A DNA stretch of 64,000 nt from an uncultured Pseudomonadales bacterium (GTDB taxonomy: Bacteria; Patescibacteriota; Microgenomatia; UBA1400; Chazhemtobacteraceae), in NCBI GenBank assembly GCA_964422035.1, contig CAYQZQ010000001.1, positions 249,013 through 313,012 of the forward strand, read 5' to 3'. This document shows, piece after piece, positions 37,923-46,528 of the stretch. The notes below the pieces were generated by a model that made no database searches, was not told the origin of the DNA, and saw nothing but the letters and a program-made list of their open reading frames with translations. Position numbers and translations under genes: made by a program. Position 1 is the first letter of the stretch; every line of letters starts with the position of its first letter.

Positions 37923-38993
37923 TTATTTGATTAAAGAGCGGTAAACTTCGTATGTTTTTTCTGATGTCTTACGCCAAGTAAATTTTTTTATTCTTTTTCT
38001 ACCTTTCTTGATTTGAGATATTTGGTTGTTTTTTAGATTACCGATGTAATCTTGGACCGTTGATCGCATGCTTTGTATCGAATAGGGGTCAAAATATATT
38101 CCTGCATTGCCTGCTACTTCGGGGGGAGAGGATGTATTACTAGTAATTACTGGGCAGTCACAACCCATTGCCTCAACTATTGGTAGACCGAAACCTTCGT
38201 ATAGAGAGGGGTAAATAACCGCCAGCGATTTTGAGTATATGAAGGCCAGTTGATTGTCAGTAGCTGATCGTTGAGATACTAATCGAATAACTTGGTGTCT
38301 GTCTAATAACTTTTTTTCTTGCTTGGTAAATTTCCCTCCTCCTACACACAGAAGATTTATCTTGCTTTGCATTAATATTGGACTTATGGCCTTGATCAGA
38401 TTATCAAAGTTTTTATATGAGTTACGCGCTCCGACAAACGTGAAGTAATTATCAGGTACGTTGGTTTCTATTTTATTTTTTAGACTGATGGATGACGCCA
38501 AGTGAATAGTTTTAATTAATTCTGGCTTTATCTTGTAATAGTTTACTAGATCTTTTTTTGTATTCCTTGAAATAGATATTATTACCTTGGCATTTTGAAT
38601 CACCATCTTCTTTTTTTGGGAAGTATCGTCATAAAATGGGAATTTTTTTGGAAAAAGTTCGTGAACCAAGTCAAAAACTGTTAGGACATAAGGGATTTTG
38701 AGCTCAAGTACATATGGATCATAATAAGTGGGGTGGATTAAGTTAATATTTTCTTTCTGAATATGCCTTCTGGTTGAGATTACATTTCTTTTGTGTATTC
38801 TTTTTCTATTAGTTAGATTGCTGATTTTATGAAGTGGATTGTGTGTGTACGTTTGGTGGTATTTATACGGGCAATATATTTGTGTATCGATGTCTGGAGC
38901 ATAATGGGAAAATTTGTTTAGATTGATAAAGTAGCGCTTAATGCCTCGAATTCCTGGTGCTTGGAACTTTTGAAAATCGTAGAGTACTTTCAC
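37923..38993 (-). CDS. Glycosyltransferase family 4 (MtfB-like)
   Basis: GIKRYF, HPTYY, TVFDL, VGARNSYKNF, YPSLYEGFGLPIVEAMGC; GTG start. Confidence 0.9.
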   Translation of the reverse strand: MKVLYDFQKFQAPGIRGIKRYFINLNKFSHYAPDIDTQIYCPYKYHQTYTHNPLHKISNLTNRKRIHKRNVISTRRHIQKENINLIHPTYYDPYVLELKIPYVLTVFDLVHELFPKKFPFYDDTSQKKKMVIQNAKVIISISRNTKKDLVNYYKIKPELIKTIHLASSISLKNKIETNVPDNYFTFVGARNSYKNFDNLIKAISPILMQSKINLLCVGGGKFTKQEKKLLDRHQVIRLVSQRSATDNQLAFIYSKSLAVIYPSLYEGFGLPIVEAMGCDCPVITSNTSSPPEVAGNAGIYFDPYSIQSMRSTVQDYIGNLKNNQISQIKKGRKRIKKFTWRKTSEKTYEVYRSLIK

Positions 38994-39079
38994 GTTTTAT
39001 TAGAAAATAATTTTCATTATGCAGCTATTTTTGTTTTATTCAGTGTATAAGGAGAATTATAATGTATTAATGAGTTTGC

Positions 39080-39760
39080 TTACTTGGTCGACCATATTTT
39101 TTGATTTAGAAATAATTCTAATTCAGGCCTTGATCAAGGTTTCACGGTATGAGTTTCTTTAACTTCGGATGTAATTTTGTCTTGATCAATTCCAAGAAAA
39201 TAAAATTTGACATCAAAAGTGTTGTTGTGATGAGACATTGAAAGAGCATAGCAAATGATTTTCTTATTTTTAGATATTGAGATTTCGCTTTCTTTGTTTC
39301 TGAGAGGATCGTTGTGTACAGCTGATAAATACCAACAATATAACAACAACATTGCCCCTTTTTTAAGGTGTGAGTGAGTATTTTCTAGGAAACTAGCAAA
39401 ATCGCTGTTTGTTGCTTGATAACCTACTACATTAAACAGTGATATCGCTGCGTCAAACTTATTAGATAAAGTAAAATTTCTTACATCTAGTTGGTGTAGT
39501 TTTATTTTTAATTCTAGACTCTTTTTTTTATTTTTTTTAGCTATTTTGAGCATGGGTAGCAAGATATCAAGCCCCTCAATGCGATATCTTTGAGACAAGT
39601 AGATTTCATGACCGCATGTTTCACAACCCAAACTCAATATCGACGAATTGTCGCTAATGTCAAATTTCCCTAAGAGGCGTATGATGCATTCTGTTTATTT
39701 CTTGCAGTCTTGGTTTTAATACAAAACAGTATAATTGGAAGTAGTTATTGAAGTTATTAA
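39080..39760 (-). pseudogene. Decayed class I SAM-dependent methyltransferase
   Basis: Reading through the 167-aa ORF frame gives YTVLY*NQDCKK*TECIIRLLGKF...SILSLGCETCGHE...GLDI...DVRNF..KFDAAISLFNVVGY...ETHTVKP*SRPELELFL. In-frame TAA at 39716 and 39695, TGA at 39134; motif I degraded. Confidence 0.8.
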
Positions 39761-39806
39761 TTATCGCATAGTGTGTTACTATCACAATAATATCTTATTA
39801 CATTAT

Positions 39807-40652
39807 ATGAATAGATGCGACTTATGCAATTCGAGAGAGATACGTTTTTATAGTTATGGAAATCATTCTGGCAACTGGTTAAGTTTATTTTACCTAAAAC
39901 ATTTCTTGCTAAGATACGCCATGCCTTTATTTGTCGTGTCCAAGAACCTCTACAGACAACTAAAGAGCGTCAGCTTATTTACTCCTCTTGAAAATCTGGC
40001 TCGATGCGATAGTTGTGGTTATGGAAAATATCTTGCGGATATCTCTAATAAAGATTTAAATGATTACTACACTTACTTCTATTGGCAGAATAAGGATGAC
40101 GATTGTGATTTTGATCTTAATCCAAAAGCTTACAAACAATGGAGATATGTGTCAGACAAAATTAAAATTGGGTCAATTCGTAAAGCTCTTGAGATCGGGG
40201 CAGGATCAGCCGGTTTTTCTCGAGTATTGAAAGAACATATAGGTGAAAATGAGGTCAGAGTAGGAGTAATTGAACCAGCTGAGAAATATGAAAGAATGTA
40301 TAAAAAAGAAGGACTAAAAAAGGAGGCGGATTTTTTTCCTGTTATTCTAAGTCGGAAATATGATTATATTCACATGTCTCATTGGCTTGAGCATGCACTT
40401 GATTTAGGAAAAGTCATGAGTGCAATTGTTAATCTATTAGAAACCAACAGTCATGTGTATGTTGAAGTACCAAATTGCGGTAAAGATTACTTTGCATCAA
40501 ATAGTAGAGATTTGCCTCATATTCATTTTTTCAGTGATAAGTCCTTGAGGTTGTTGTTTTCAAAATGGGGTTTTAGTCCAATTGATGTGAGTACAAACGG
40601 TGACGATAATAAATGGTTGCGTGGAATTTTTAGATACAAAAACAATAATTAG
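39807..40652 (+). CDS. Class I SAM-dependent methyltransferase with N-terminal CxxC pairs
   Basis: MNRCDLC...RCDSCG, ALEIGAGSAG, YDYIHMSHWLEH, YVEVPN, PHIHFFS. Start set at ATG 39807. Confidence 0.85.
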   Translation: MNRCDLCNSREIRFYSYGNHSGNWLSLFYLKHFLLRYAMPLFVVSKNLYRQLKSVSLFTPLENLARCDSCGYGKYLADISNKDLNDYYTYFYWQNKDDDCDFDLNPKAYKQWRYVSDKIKIGSIRKALEIGAGSAGFSRVLKEHIGENEVRVGVIEPAEKYERMYKKEGLKKEADFFPVILSRKYDYIHMSHWLEHALDLGKVMSAIVNLLETNSHVYVEVPNCGKDYFASNSRDLPHIHFFSDKSLRLLFSKWGFSPIDVSTNGDDNKWLRGIFRYKNNN

Positions 40653-40841
40653 TAAGTGATGAAACTCAAACTCCTTAAGTTTTATCCATACATCCTAGTG
40701 ACATCTTTAGTGGTAGTGTGTAGTAAATAAATAAATTTTGGTTAGCACATGATATGGTTGTTCACAGTGTTTGTCATGCTCGTTGTGGGGACCGAAAAAA
40801 ATTGGTGCTATAAATTGATAGATTGTTTTTAAACTGAATTG

Positions 40842-40853
40842 TGATACTATGCT
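40842..40853 (+). promoter_or_regulatory. -10 elements (TGaTACTAT / TATGCT) just upstream of ATG 40860
   Basis: gtgatacTATGCTcacagtATG, 6-nt spacer. Confidence 0.4.
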
Positions 40854-40859
40854 CACAGT

Positions 40860-42452
40860 ATGAAAAAGGTTGTGATTATTTTGTTGTTTTTGTTATTTGT
40901 CTTGATATATCCTGTCACCCCTTTCGTAGAAGATCTTAGAACTTTTTTCTCCGCTGCCCATCAAGCTGAGTTAACAGGTTTGAGATTCCCAATTAATGTT
41001 TATAGAGCCTGGGAGCTGAAGCTCATTGGTAACAGAATTTTCATCTTTGCTTTGTATAAACTAGCTACAACAATGGTGGATTTTTCAAATAAATTGATGT
41101 TTGAGGTCATTGTACGAAGCATATATTGCTTGTTGTTTATTGGTGCAAGTTACTATTTTTCAAGAAGTTTGTTAAAGGGTAGAAAATTTAAGTACTTTTT
41201 CTTGATTGTTGCTATAGCATTTTTGGCAGCTGGAGGTAGGATGAATATTCAGAGTGAAGAAATTGCCTTGTTACTTGCGATTTTAGGGGGAAGTATGTCT
41301 TTATCTAGTACTAAACTAATAAGGTTTTTTTCTGGGGTTTTCTTCGCTTACAGTTTTACCCTAAAAGGAGTCAGTGGTGCGATAAGCGTACAGATGTTAC
41401 TGCTTTTAGCTCTGCTTGGTACAAATAAGAAGAAAGTTAAGGACGCAATCATAAGTAGTATATTTTTTGGGTTATTATTCTTAGCTGGATTTATATTTCT
41501 TTTTCCAAATGAAATTCAAGCTATGTATGAACTGGCTGTTTATAAGTCGCTAGCTTTCCAAGGGAGAAGTTGGTTTAAGTTTGGCTATATGATGATCGTT
41601 TCGTTCTTTATGTGGTCATGGCAGCACCCGTATCTGATGGTTGCGAGCCTACTGGGCACAGTACAGTTGGCGTACTGGTTACTTGAGTCTAAATGGATGA
41701 AGTTGCTTGAGATAGGACTATTGTGGCTGCCTGGAATTATGGCGATTGCATTGCAGGCTAGAAATTTTCCCTATGACGTCTATTTTCATATAATTCCGAT
41801 CAGCTATTTAGGTTACTACTGCATTAGAAAACTAATAACTAAAGGTGTGAACAGAAAAATGCTTATATCATTGATGGTAATTTTGGTAGGAGTTATGTTG
41901 TTAGCATTATTTTGGGGACAAACCTATTATAAGCTCTATTTTTACATGTTGGTCTGGTGGTTAATTGGGTTGAGTATTTTGCTATCTAAAAAGATTCGAT
42001 TAGGTCGCATTGTGATAATTATTTTATTTGGAGTACTACTTAGTTTTAGTTTCGGGTTTATGAATGACGAATATCGCTGGAAACATCTAGAGCAAAGAAC
42101 TACTCTGGAAAGTTTATTTGCCAATCTTGACAAGACTATAGAAAATGACCACAGCTCTATACTTTATCTGGCAAGTGGTGACGCATCATATTTTTTGGGC
42201 ATGAAATCTCATTGCGAACAAACTGAACCGCATGCTGTGCAAAGAGGAAGAGAATATTCTAAGAAAAGTTTACCTAATTTCCAGGAACAAATGAACTGTG
42301 TTCTTGGATATAAAGGCAAATATATACTAATGGATTCCTGGTTTAATATAAGCGACTTGGAGAAGGTAAGGAGCAAATTGCTTAATGAGTATGGATTGAT
42401 AACCTTAAAGTCCACCAAGTATCGTTCGATGAAGCTATATAAGAGGAAGTGA
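40860..42452 (+). CDS. Multi-pass membrane protein, GT-C-like
   Basis: About 13 hydrophobic segments; acidic first-loop EDLRTF, WELK, QSEE; soluble C-terminal domain. Confidence 0.6.
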   Translation: MKKVVIILLFLLFVLIYPVTPFVEDLRTFFSAAHQAELTGLRFPINVYRAWELKLIGNRIFIFALYKLATTMVDFSNKLMFEVIVRSIYCLLFIGASYYFSRSLLKGRKFKYFFLIVAIAFLAAGGRMNIQSEEIALLLAILGGSMSLSSTKLIRFFSGVFFAYSFTLKGVSGAISVQMLLLLALLGTNKKKVKDAIISSIFFGLLFLAGFIFLFPNEIQAMYELAVYKSLAFQGRSWFKFGYMMIVSFFMWSWQHPYLMVASLLGTVQLAYWLLESKWMKLLEIGLLWLPGIMAIALQARNFPYDVYFHIIPISYLGYYCIRKLITKGVNRKMLISLMVILVGVMLLALFWGQTYYKLYFYMLVWWLIGLSILLSKKIRLGRIVIIILFGVLLSFSFGFMNDEYRWKHLEQRTTLESLFANLDKTIENDHSSILYLASGDASYFLGMKSHCEQTEPHAVQRGREYSKKSLPNFQEQMNCVLGYKGKYILMDSWFNISDLEKVRSKLLNEYGLITLKSTKYRSMKLYKRK

Positions 42453-42463
42453 TGCTTTACATA

Positions 42464-43324
42464 TCAAGCGGTTTTGAGTTTTTTGCGCTGGGGTTTTTCA
42501 ACCGGTAGGATGTCTTGTGTTTTGTAGGTAAGAGCTTGGGAAACATGGTCTAAGTCTCTTACTAACTTTCGCATTCCCCCAGGCTCAAGCGAGGCAGCGT
42601 GGTCTGTGCCTTTCCAAGTTCGGTCTAAAGTGAAGTGTCTTTCTATGTATTCTGCTCCAAGAGTCATGGCAGCGATATCAGCTGCTATACCCAAATGGTG
42701 GCCCGAAAACCCAATGGTTTTGACTAAATGCCCGTATTGGCGCTTAAGATGTTTTATCTCTAGTAAAGAAAGAGATGAGAATGGAGCCGGATATGCAGAG
42801 GTGCAACTATACAGGATTGTACTTTTTAAACCATTATTACTTTTTAGGAACTTAATGATTAGGTCAATTTCTTCCTTGCTGGTCATTCCTAACGAGATGT
42901 GGATTTCTCCCGAGAAATTTTTCAAAATAAAAAAGAGTAATTCAAAATTAAGATTACAAGCTGATGGAATTTTAATCATGTTGGGGCTCATACTTATTAT
43001 CTCTCTTGCGGAAGTTAGGTCCCAAACCGAAGTAGAATATTCCATATCAAGTTTCTCACAATAATCTTTAAGTTGCTGATGTTCTTTTTTTGTAAACTCA
43101 AGAAACTCCCTATGTTGGCCATATGTTTCTCCATACGAATTGTAGGGCACAGGATGAGGGGAATTGTATTCTGCTTCAGATAGCAGCTCCTTAGGGTTTC
43201 TTTTTTGAAATTTGACGACATCCACATCACAAAAATCCTTGGCTATTCGAATCATTTTCTTGGCAATTTTAAAGTCTCCTTTATGATTACAACCTATTTC
43301 TGCTATGACTTTAGGTCTGTTCAT
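42464..43324 (-). CDS. neuB: NeuB-family nonulosonic acid synthase (short, no C-terminal SAF/antifreeze domain)
   Basis: VIAEIGCNHKGD, VVKFQKR, SVWD, KIPSA, SLGM, CTSAYP, GFSGH, IERHFTLDRTWKGTDHAASLEP. Confidence 0.92.
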   Translation of the reverse strand: MNRPKVIAEIGCNHKGDFKIAKKMIRIAKDFCDVDVVKFQKRNPKELLSEAEYNSPHPVPYNSYGETYGQHREFLEFTKKEHQQLKDYCEKLDMEYSTSVWDLTSAREIISMSPNMIKIPSACNLNFELLFFILKNFSGEIHISLGMTSKEEIDLIIKFLKSNNGLKSTILYSCTSAYPAPFSSLSLLEIKHLKRQYGHLVKTIGFSGHHLGIAADIAAMTLGAEYIERHFTLDRTWKGTDHAASLEPGGMRKLVRDLDHVSQALTYKTQDILPVEKPQRKKLKTA

Positions 43325-44453
43325 TGTTTTTTTGGAAAATTTCTAATATTTCTCTTATCACTCCATGCCCCCCCTTTGTGGATGTAATATAGTTAGTACT
43401 TGTTTTTACTTTGCGGTGGGCATCTAGTGGAGCAAATGAGTAACCAGACTTTTTAATTGCACCCAGATCGTTTAGGTCGTTTCCTATATAGCATATATTT
43501 TCCCAATTATAATTATGCTTCTTTAGGAAATTCTCAATTACAGCAACTTTGTTTGTAGCTTGATCAATAACCGGTATTTTTAATTTTTCAAGTCTTTTTT
43601 TAACTACAGGATTTTTTTCGCGAGAAACAACCGAAAAACCAATATTAAGCTGGGGTAACAATATATCCAGGCCTAAACTGTCAGTTTTGGAGGTAACAAT
43701 CGTTTCTTTGCCATCTTGAGATGTCAAAATTGTATTATCAGTAAAGACTCCATCAAAATTTGAGATTATATGCTTAATCTGATGAAGTTTTGAAAGCGGG
43801 TGTTTGTTTATTAACAATTTCTCGACAATTGTCCAGTCCTCAGGCTCATCAATTTCAGTTGCAGTATCATTACTCATCTTGTAGATTCCTATGTTTCCCC
43901 CTAGTCTGTTTTTGTAATTTTTAAGTATTTCATACTTGGTTATGTAAAATGCTCCATTTTCTAAAAACGAACCCTCAAAGTCTTGCCTTCTTGGTCTGTT
44001 GAATGGATCATAATTGAATGGCTTAAAGTTATGACTCCATACAAACCGTTTAAACTCAACAGCACTGAGTAATGAATCAAGATTGTTCTCATCAAAGGTT
44101 TTGAGTGCTTTGCTCAAGTCTTGTGAAGACAGAAGTGGTGATGTGGCTTGTATGGTAACTAGGACTTCAAAATCGACTTTTTCCTGAAAGTGGAGCATGA
44201 CAGACTCTGTTGATGCAGTATCTGTGGCAAACTCAGGAGGACGTTTAATTATCTTTGCACCATATTTACGGGATATCTCAGCTATTTTTTCACCGTCGGT
44301 AGACACCCAGACTTCATCAATTTGATCACACTGCTTGGCGGCTGTGATAACCCAATAACAAAGTGGCTTTCCAGCAATAGGTTTTATGTTTTTAAGCGGA
44401 ATTGATTTAGATCCTTTTCTAAGCGGTATTAGTGCGACAATCTTTTTTTTCAT
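43311..44453 (-). CDS. neuA: Acylneuraminate cytidylyltransferase fused to a KdsC-like HAD domain
   Basis: IPLRKGSKSIPLKNIK..AGKPL, VSTD, QATSPL, RPRRQD, ENGAFY, EIDEPED; then SNFDGVFTD, YIGNDLND, GGHGVIRE. Confidence 0.92.
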   Translation of the reverse strand: MKKKIVALIPLRKGSKSIPLKNIKPIAGKPLCYWVITAAKQCDQIDEVWVSTDGEKIAEISRKYGAKIIKRPPEFATDTASTESVMLHFQEKVDFEVLVTIQATSPLLSSQDLSKALKTFDENNLDSLLSAVEFKRFVWSHNFKPFNYDPFNRPRRQDFEGSFLENGAFYITKYEILKNYKNRLGGNIGIYKMSNDTATEIDEPEDWTIVEKLLINKHPLSKLHQIKHIISNFDGVFTDNTILTSQDGKETIVTSKTDSLGLDILLPQLNIGFSVVSREKNPVVKKRLEKLKIPVIDQATNKVAVIENFLKKHNYNWENICYIGNDLNDLGAIKKSGYSFAPLDAHRKVKTSTNYITSTKGGHGVIREILEIFQKNNEQT

Positions 44454-44473
44454 AGTGGCTTATATTTTTCTGT

Positions 44474-44479
44474 ATTATA
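44474..44479 (-). promoter_or_regulatory. TATAAT -10 box upstream of neuA
   Basis: Perfect TATAAT 20 nt before the ATG in an AT-rich gap. Confidence 0.35.
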
Positions 44480-44524
44480 TAGCAAACTTTTGTATGAAAC
44501 AGAAAATATAGGTTGCTATTATCA

Positions 44525-45355
44525 TCAGATGATGTCTTGATAGTTTTTTTGAGGGAATGTTTCTAGCCAAGTATCATGAGATAGATTGATAATACGACTC
44601 GGATCTTTTGCTGCCCGATAATACTTATCATATTGCTCAAAAAGTTTTAAGTTATTCTTATGGAGCTTGATTATTGAATCCCACGCTTTATTTTTTGTGG
44701 AGTTCTGGCGGACGTCGTCTTTAGGGTCATAAAAGTTTTTAGCCGTTTTACCATAGTCTCTTAGGACTGTGTGATCACAACCTAATAGATAGATTGGGTT
44801 ATACCCCATGTATAAGAGTACCGGCAGCACCATAATGGGAACTGATTGGGGACTTAAGACTGGTTTTGTAATATCTGTATTAATTTTTAGTAACGAGGAT
44901 GTTATTAGATAGTATATTTCTCTATTGGGAAAAAGGTTGAATTTTTTAACTAAAGCTTGATCAGTATGACCTAGAAAGATGTTCGTTTGCGGCGGCAAGA
45001 TACCATCAGCTCTTTTCATCCACCTTACGAAGTTTTTTAATTTCAATGGGGAGTGAAAGGGAGCGAAAAAGTGGAATTTAGGTTTAATAATTTTAATATC
45101 CTTGTGAAGAAAAGCATTGCTGACAGAAAACACATCTTCGTTTTTTAGTTTTTTTAAGTTGTACTTTTTAATACTGGGACCTGTAGCCAGTAGAAAGGCT
45201 TGCTTGTTTTTACCCTTGCCTTTTAGTTTGGTGTTCTTAGCCGTAAGGTGTTGGTGTCTCAAATAAGAGTAGTTTTTAGCCAAGATAACCTTAAGAGGTG
45301 ATGGCAGAACTTGACTGAGTGCTGTAATCGATAGGGGTATTTTTTTATTTAACAT
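44525..45355 (-). CDS. Maf/DUF115/GT42-like putative nonulosonate transferase
   Basis: LLATGPSIK...VFSVSN and YMGYNPIYLLGCDH resemble the GNGPS and G(Y/F)xxIYLxGxD motifs of CstII/Maf-type proteins; adjacent to neuA. Confidence 0.7.
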   Translation of the reverse strand: MLNKKIPLSITALSQVLPSPLKVILAKNYSYLRHQHLTAKNTKLKGKGKNKQAFLLATGPSIKKYNLKKLKNEDVFSVSNAFLHKDIKIIKPKFHFFAPFHSPLKLKNFVRWMKRADGILPPQTNIFLGHTDQALVKKFNLFPNREIYYLITSSLLKINTDITKPVLSPQSVPIMVLPVLLYMGYNPIYLLGCDHTVLRDYGKTAKNFYDPKDDVRQNSTKNKAWDSIIKLHKNNLKLFEQYDKYYRAAKDPSRIINLSHDTWLETFPQKNYQDII

Positions 45356-45373
45356 TTCTTACTACTTTACATA

Positions 45374-46501
45374 TTAGAATATTTTTTTAGGTTTTGTTTT
45401 TAGATCGGTTATAAAGCATTCAGAAGGCAATTCTTGGGTAATACTATCATAGTATTCAACTATGCTTTTACTAAAAGGAAAAATTTTGTAGTAAAGATAT
45501 CCGTTGAGGGCAAAGTTTACTGCTGTACTTATTCCTGTGCTACTAATGCTAAAAACAGAGTGAATTGATTTAGCATTCTTAAGCAAGAAAACTTCTAGGT
45601 TGTCTTGTTTGCTTAAGATTTTAAACTTTTTGAGATCTATCATTTTGATTTCTTTGGTTTCTCGGGGGTGAGGTTTGTATAACAACTGGTAGTTCGGGTA
45701 ACTAGATCTAATATGGTTAAGGCACCGGTTCATACATTGAGCATATTTTTGGTGATCAAGATTATCAAAACATAAAAATATGGATCCTAGAAATAGAATG
45801 TGCTTTTTCTTCTGATCGGATTGGGAAAATACTCTAAAGGGGTAATGCATTTGGACAATGTTTTTTTGTTTTTTTTTGGTTTGTTTTGTAATTGGAACCA
45901 GATGAACTTGCTGATCATAAACTTTGACCGATCCTTCCCTATATTGCAATCTCAAAGCCCCATCTTCAGACTTAGTTTGATAACCAAATATCTGATTTTC
46001 CTTCTGAACGAGATAGTCGGTTTTGTGCATTTTGAACAAGGGGAAGATTAAGGAATTCGCAATTTTTCCTTCAATCTTGGGGACAAAATTGTGTTGATCA
46101 TATAGATAATTATCATATTGATATTTGGGAATTATCAATGTAGAGAGTGCTTGATCATAGTTAGAAATAAGGTAATTAGATATAAACTGGCAATCAGCAA
46201 AGCAGTAAATTTTATCCTTAGAAGTAATATTTATTTTTGAAATTGCATGCGCAGCCTTGAACAAACGATAGATTTGTATTGGAAAAAAAAATGAGTAATC
46301 CGGCCTTGATAGATATAGCACTTGAGAAAAGTATTTTTTGGGTAGCTTCTTATCTATGTATTGCCAATAATTATGTAGGGAGACTATGAGTATGGATTGA
46401 TTTTTAAGTATTTTTTTTGTTTTACGATACCCAATAGCTGCAATCAGCTGCTTGGGATGATCTACGCTGAATACATGCTTTATGTCTTTTGAGTGGCCCA
46501 T
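45374..46501 (-). CDS. Putative GT-B sialyltransferase (GT52/GT38-like)
   Basis: EDG, YKPHPRE (HP motif) and SISST match the (D/E)(D/E)G, HP and S(S/T) motifs of bacterial sialyltransferases; adjacent to neu genes. Confidence 0.7.
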   Translation of the reverse strand: MGHSKDIKHVFSVDHPKQLIAAIGYRKTKKILKNQSILIVSLHNYWQYIDKKLPKKYFSQVLYLSRPDYSFFFPIQIYRLFKAAHAISKINITSKDKIYCFADCQFISNYLISNYDQALSTLIIPKYQYDNYLYDQHNFVPKIEGKIANSLIFPLFKMHKTDYLVQKENQIFGYQTKSEDGALRLQYREGSVKVYDQQVHLVPITKQTKKKQKNIVQMHYPFRVFSQSDQKKKHILFLGSIFLCFDNLDHQKYAQCMNRCLNHIRSSYPNYQLLYKPHPRETKEIKMIDLKKFKILSKQDNLEVFLLKNAKSIHSVFSISSTGISTAVNFALNGYLYYKIFPFSKSIVEYYDSITQELPSECFITDLKTKPKKIF

Positions 46502-46528
46502 CCTTGAGATCTAAATGATATTTTCATG

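Noticed and set aside
39080-39760. TGA readthrough (genetic code 4 or 25) to rescue the methyltransferase
   Set aside because: TAA stops also interrupt the frame, and TGA serves as a normal stop in many genes here (ATGA overlaps at glyQS, 7456, 48630)
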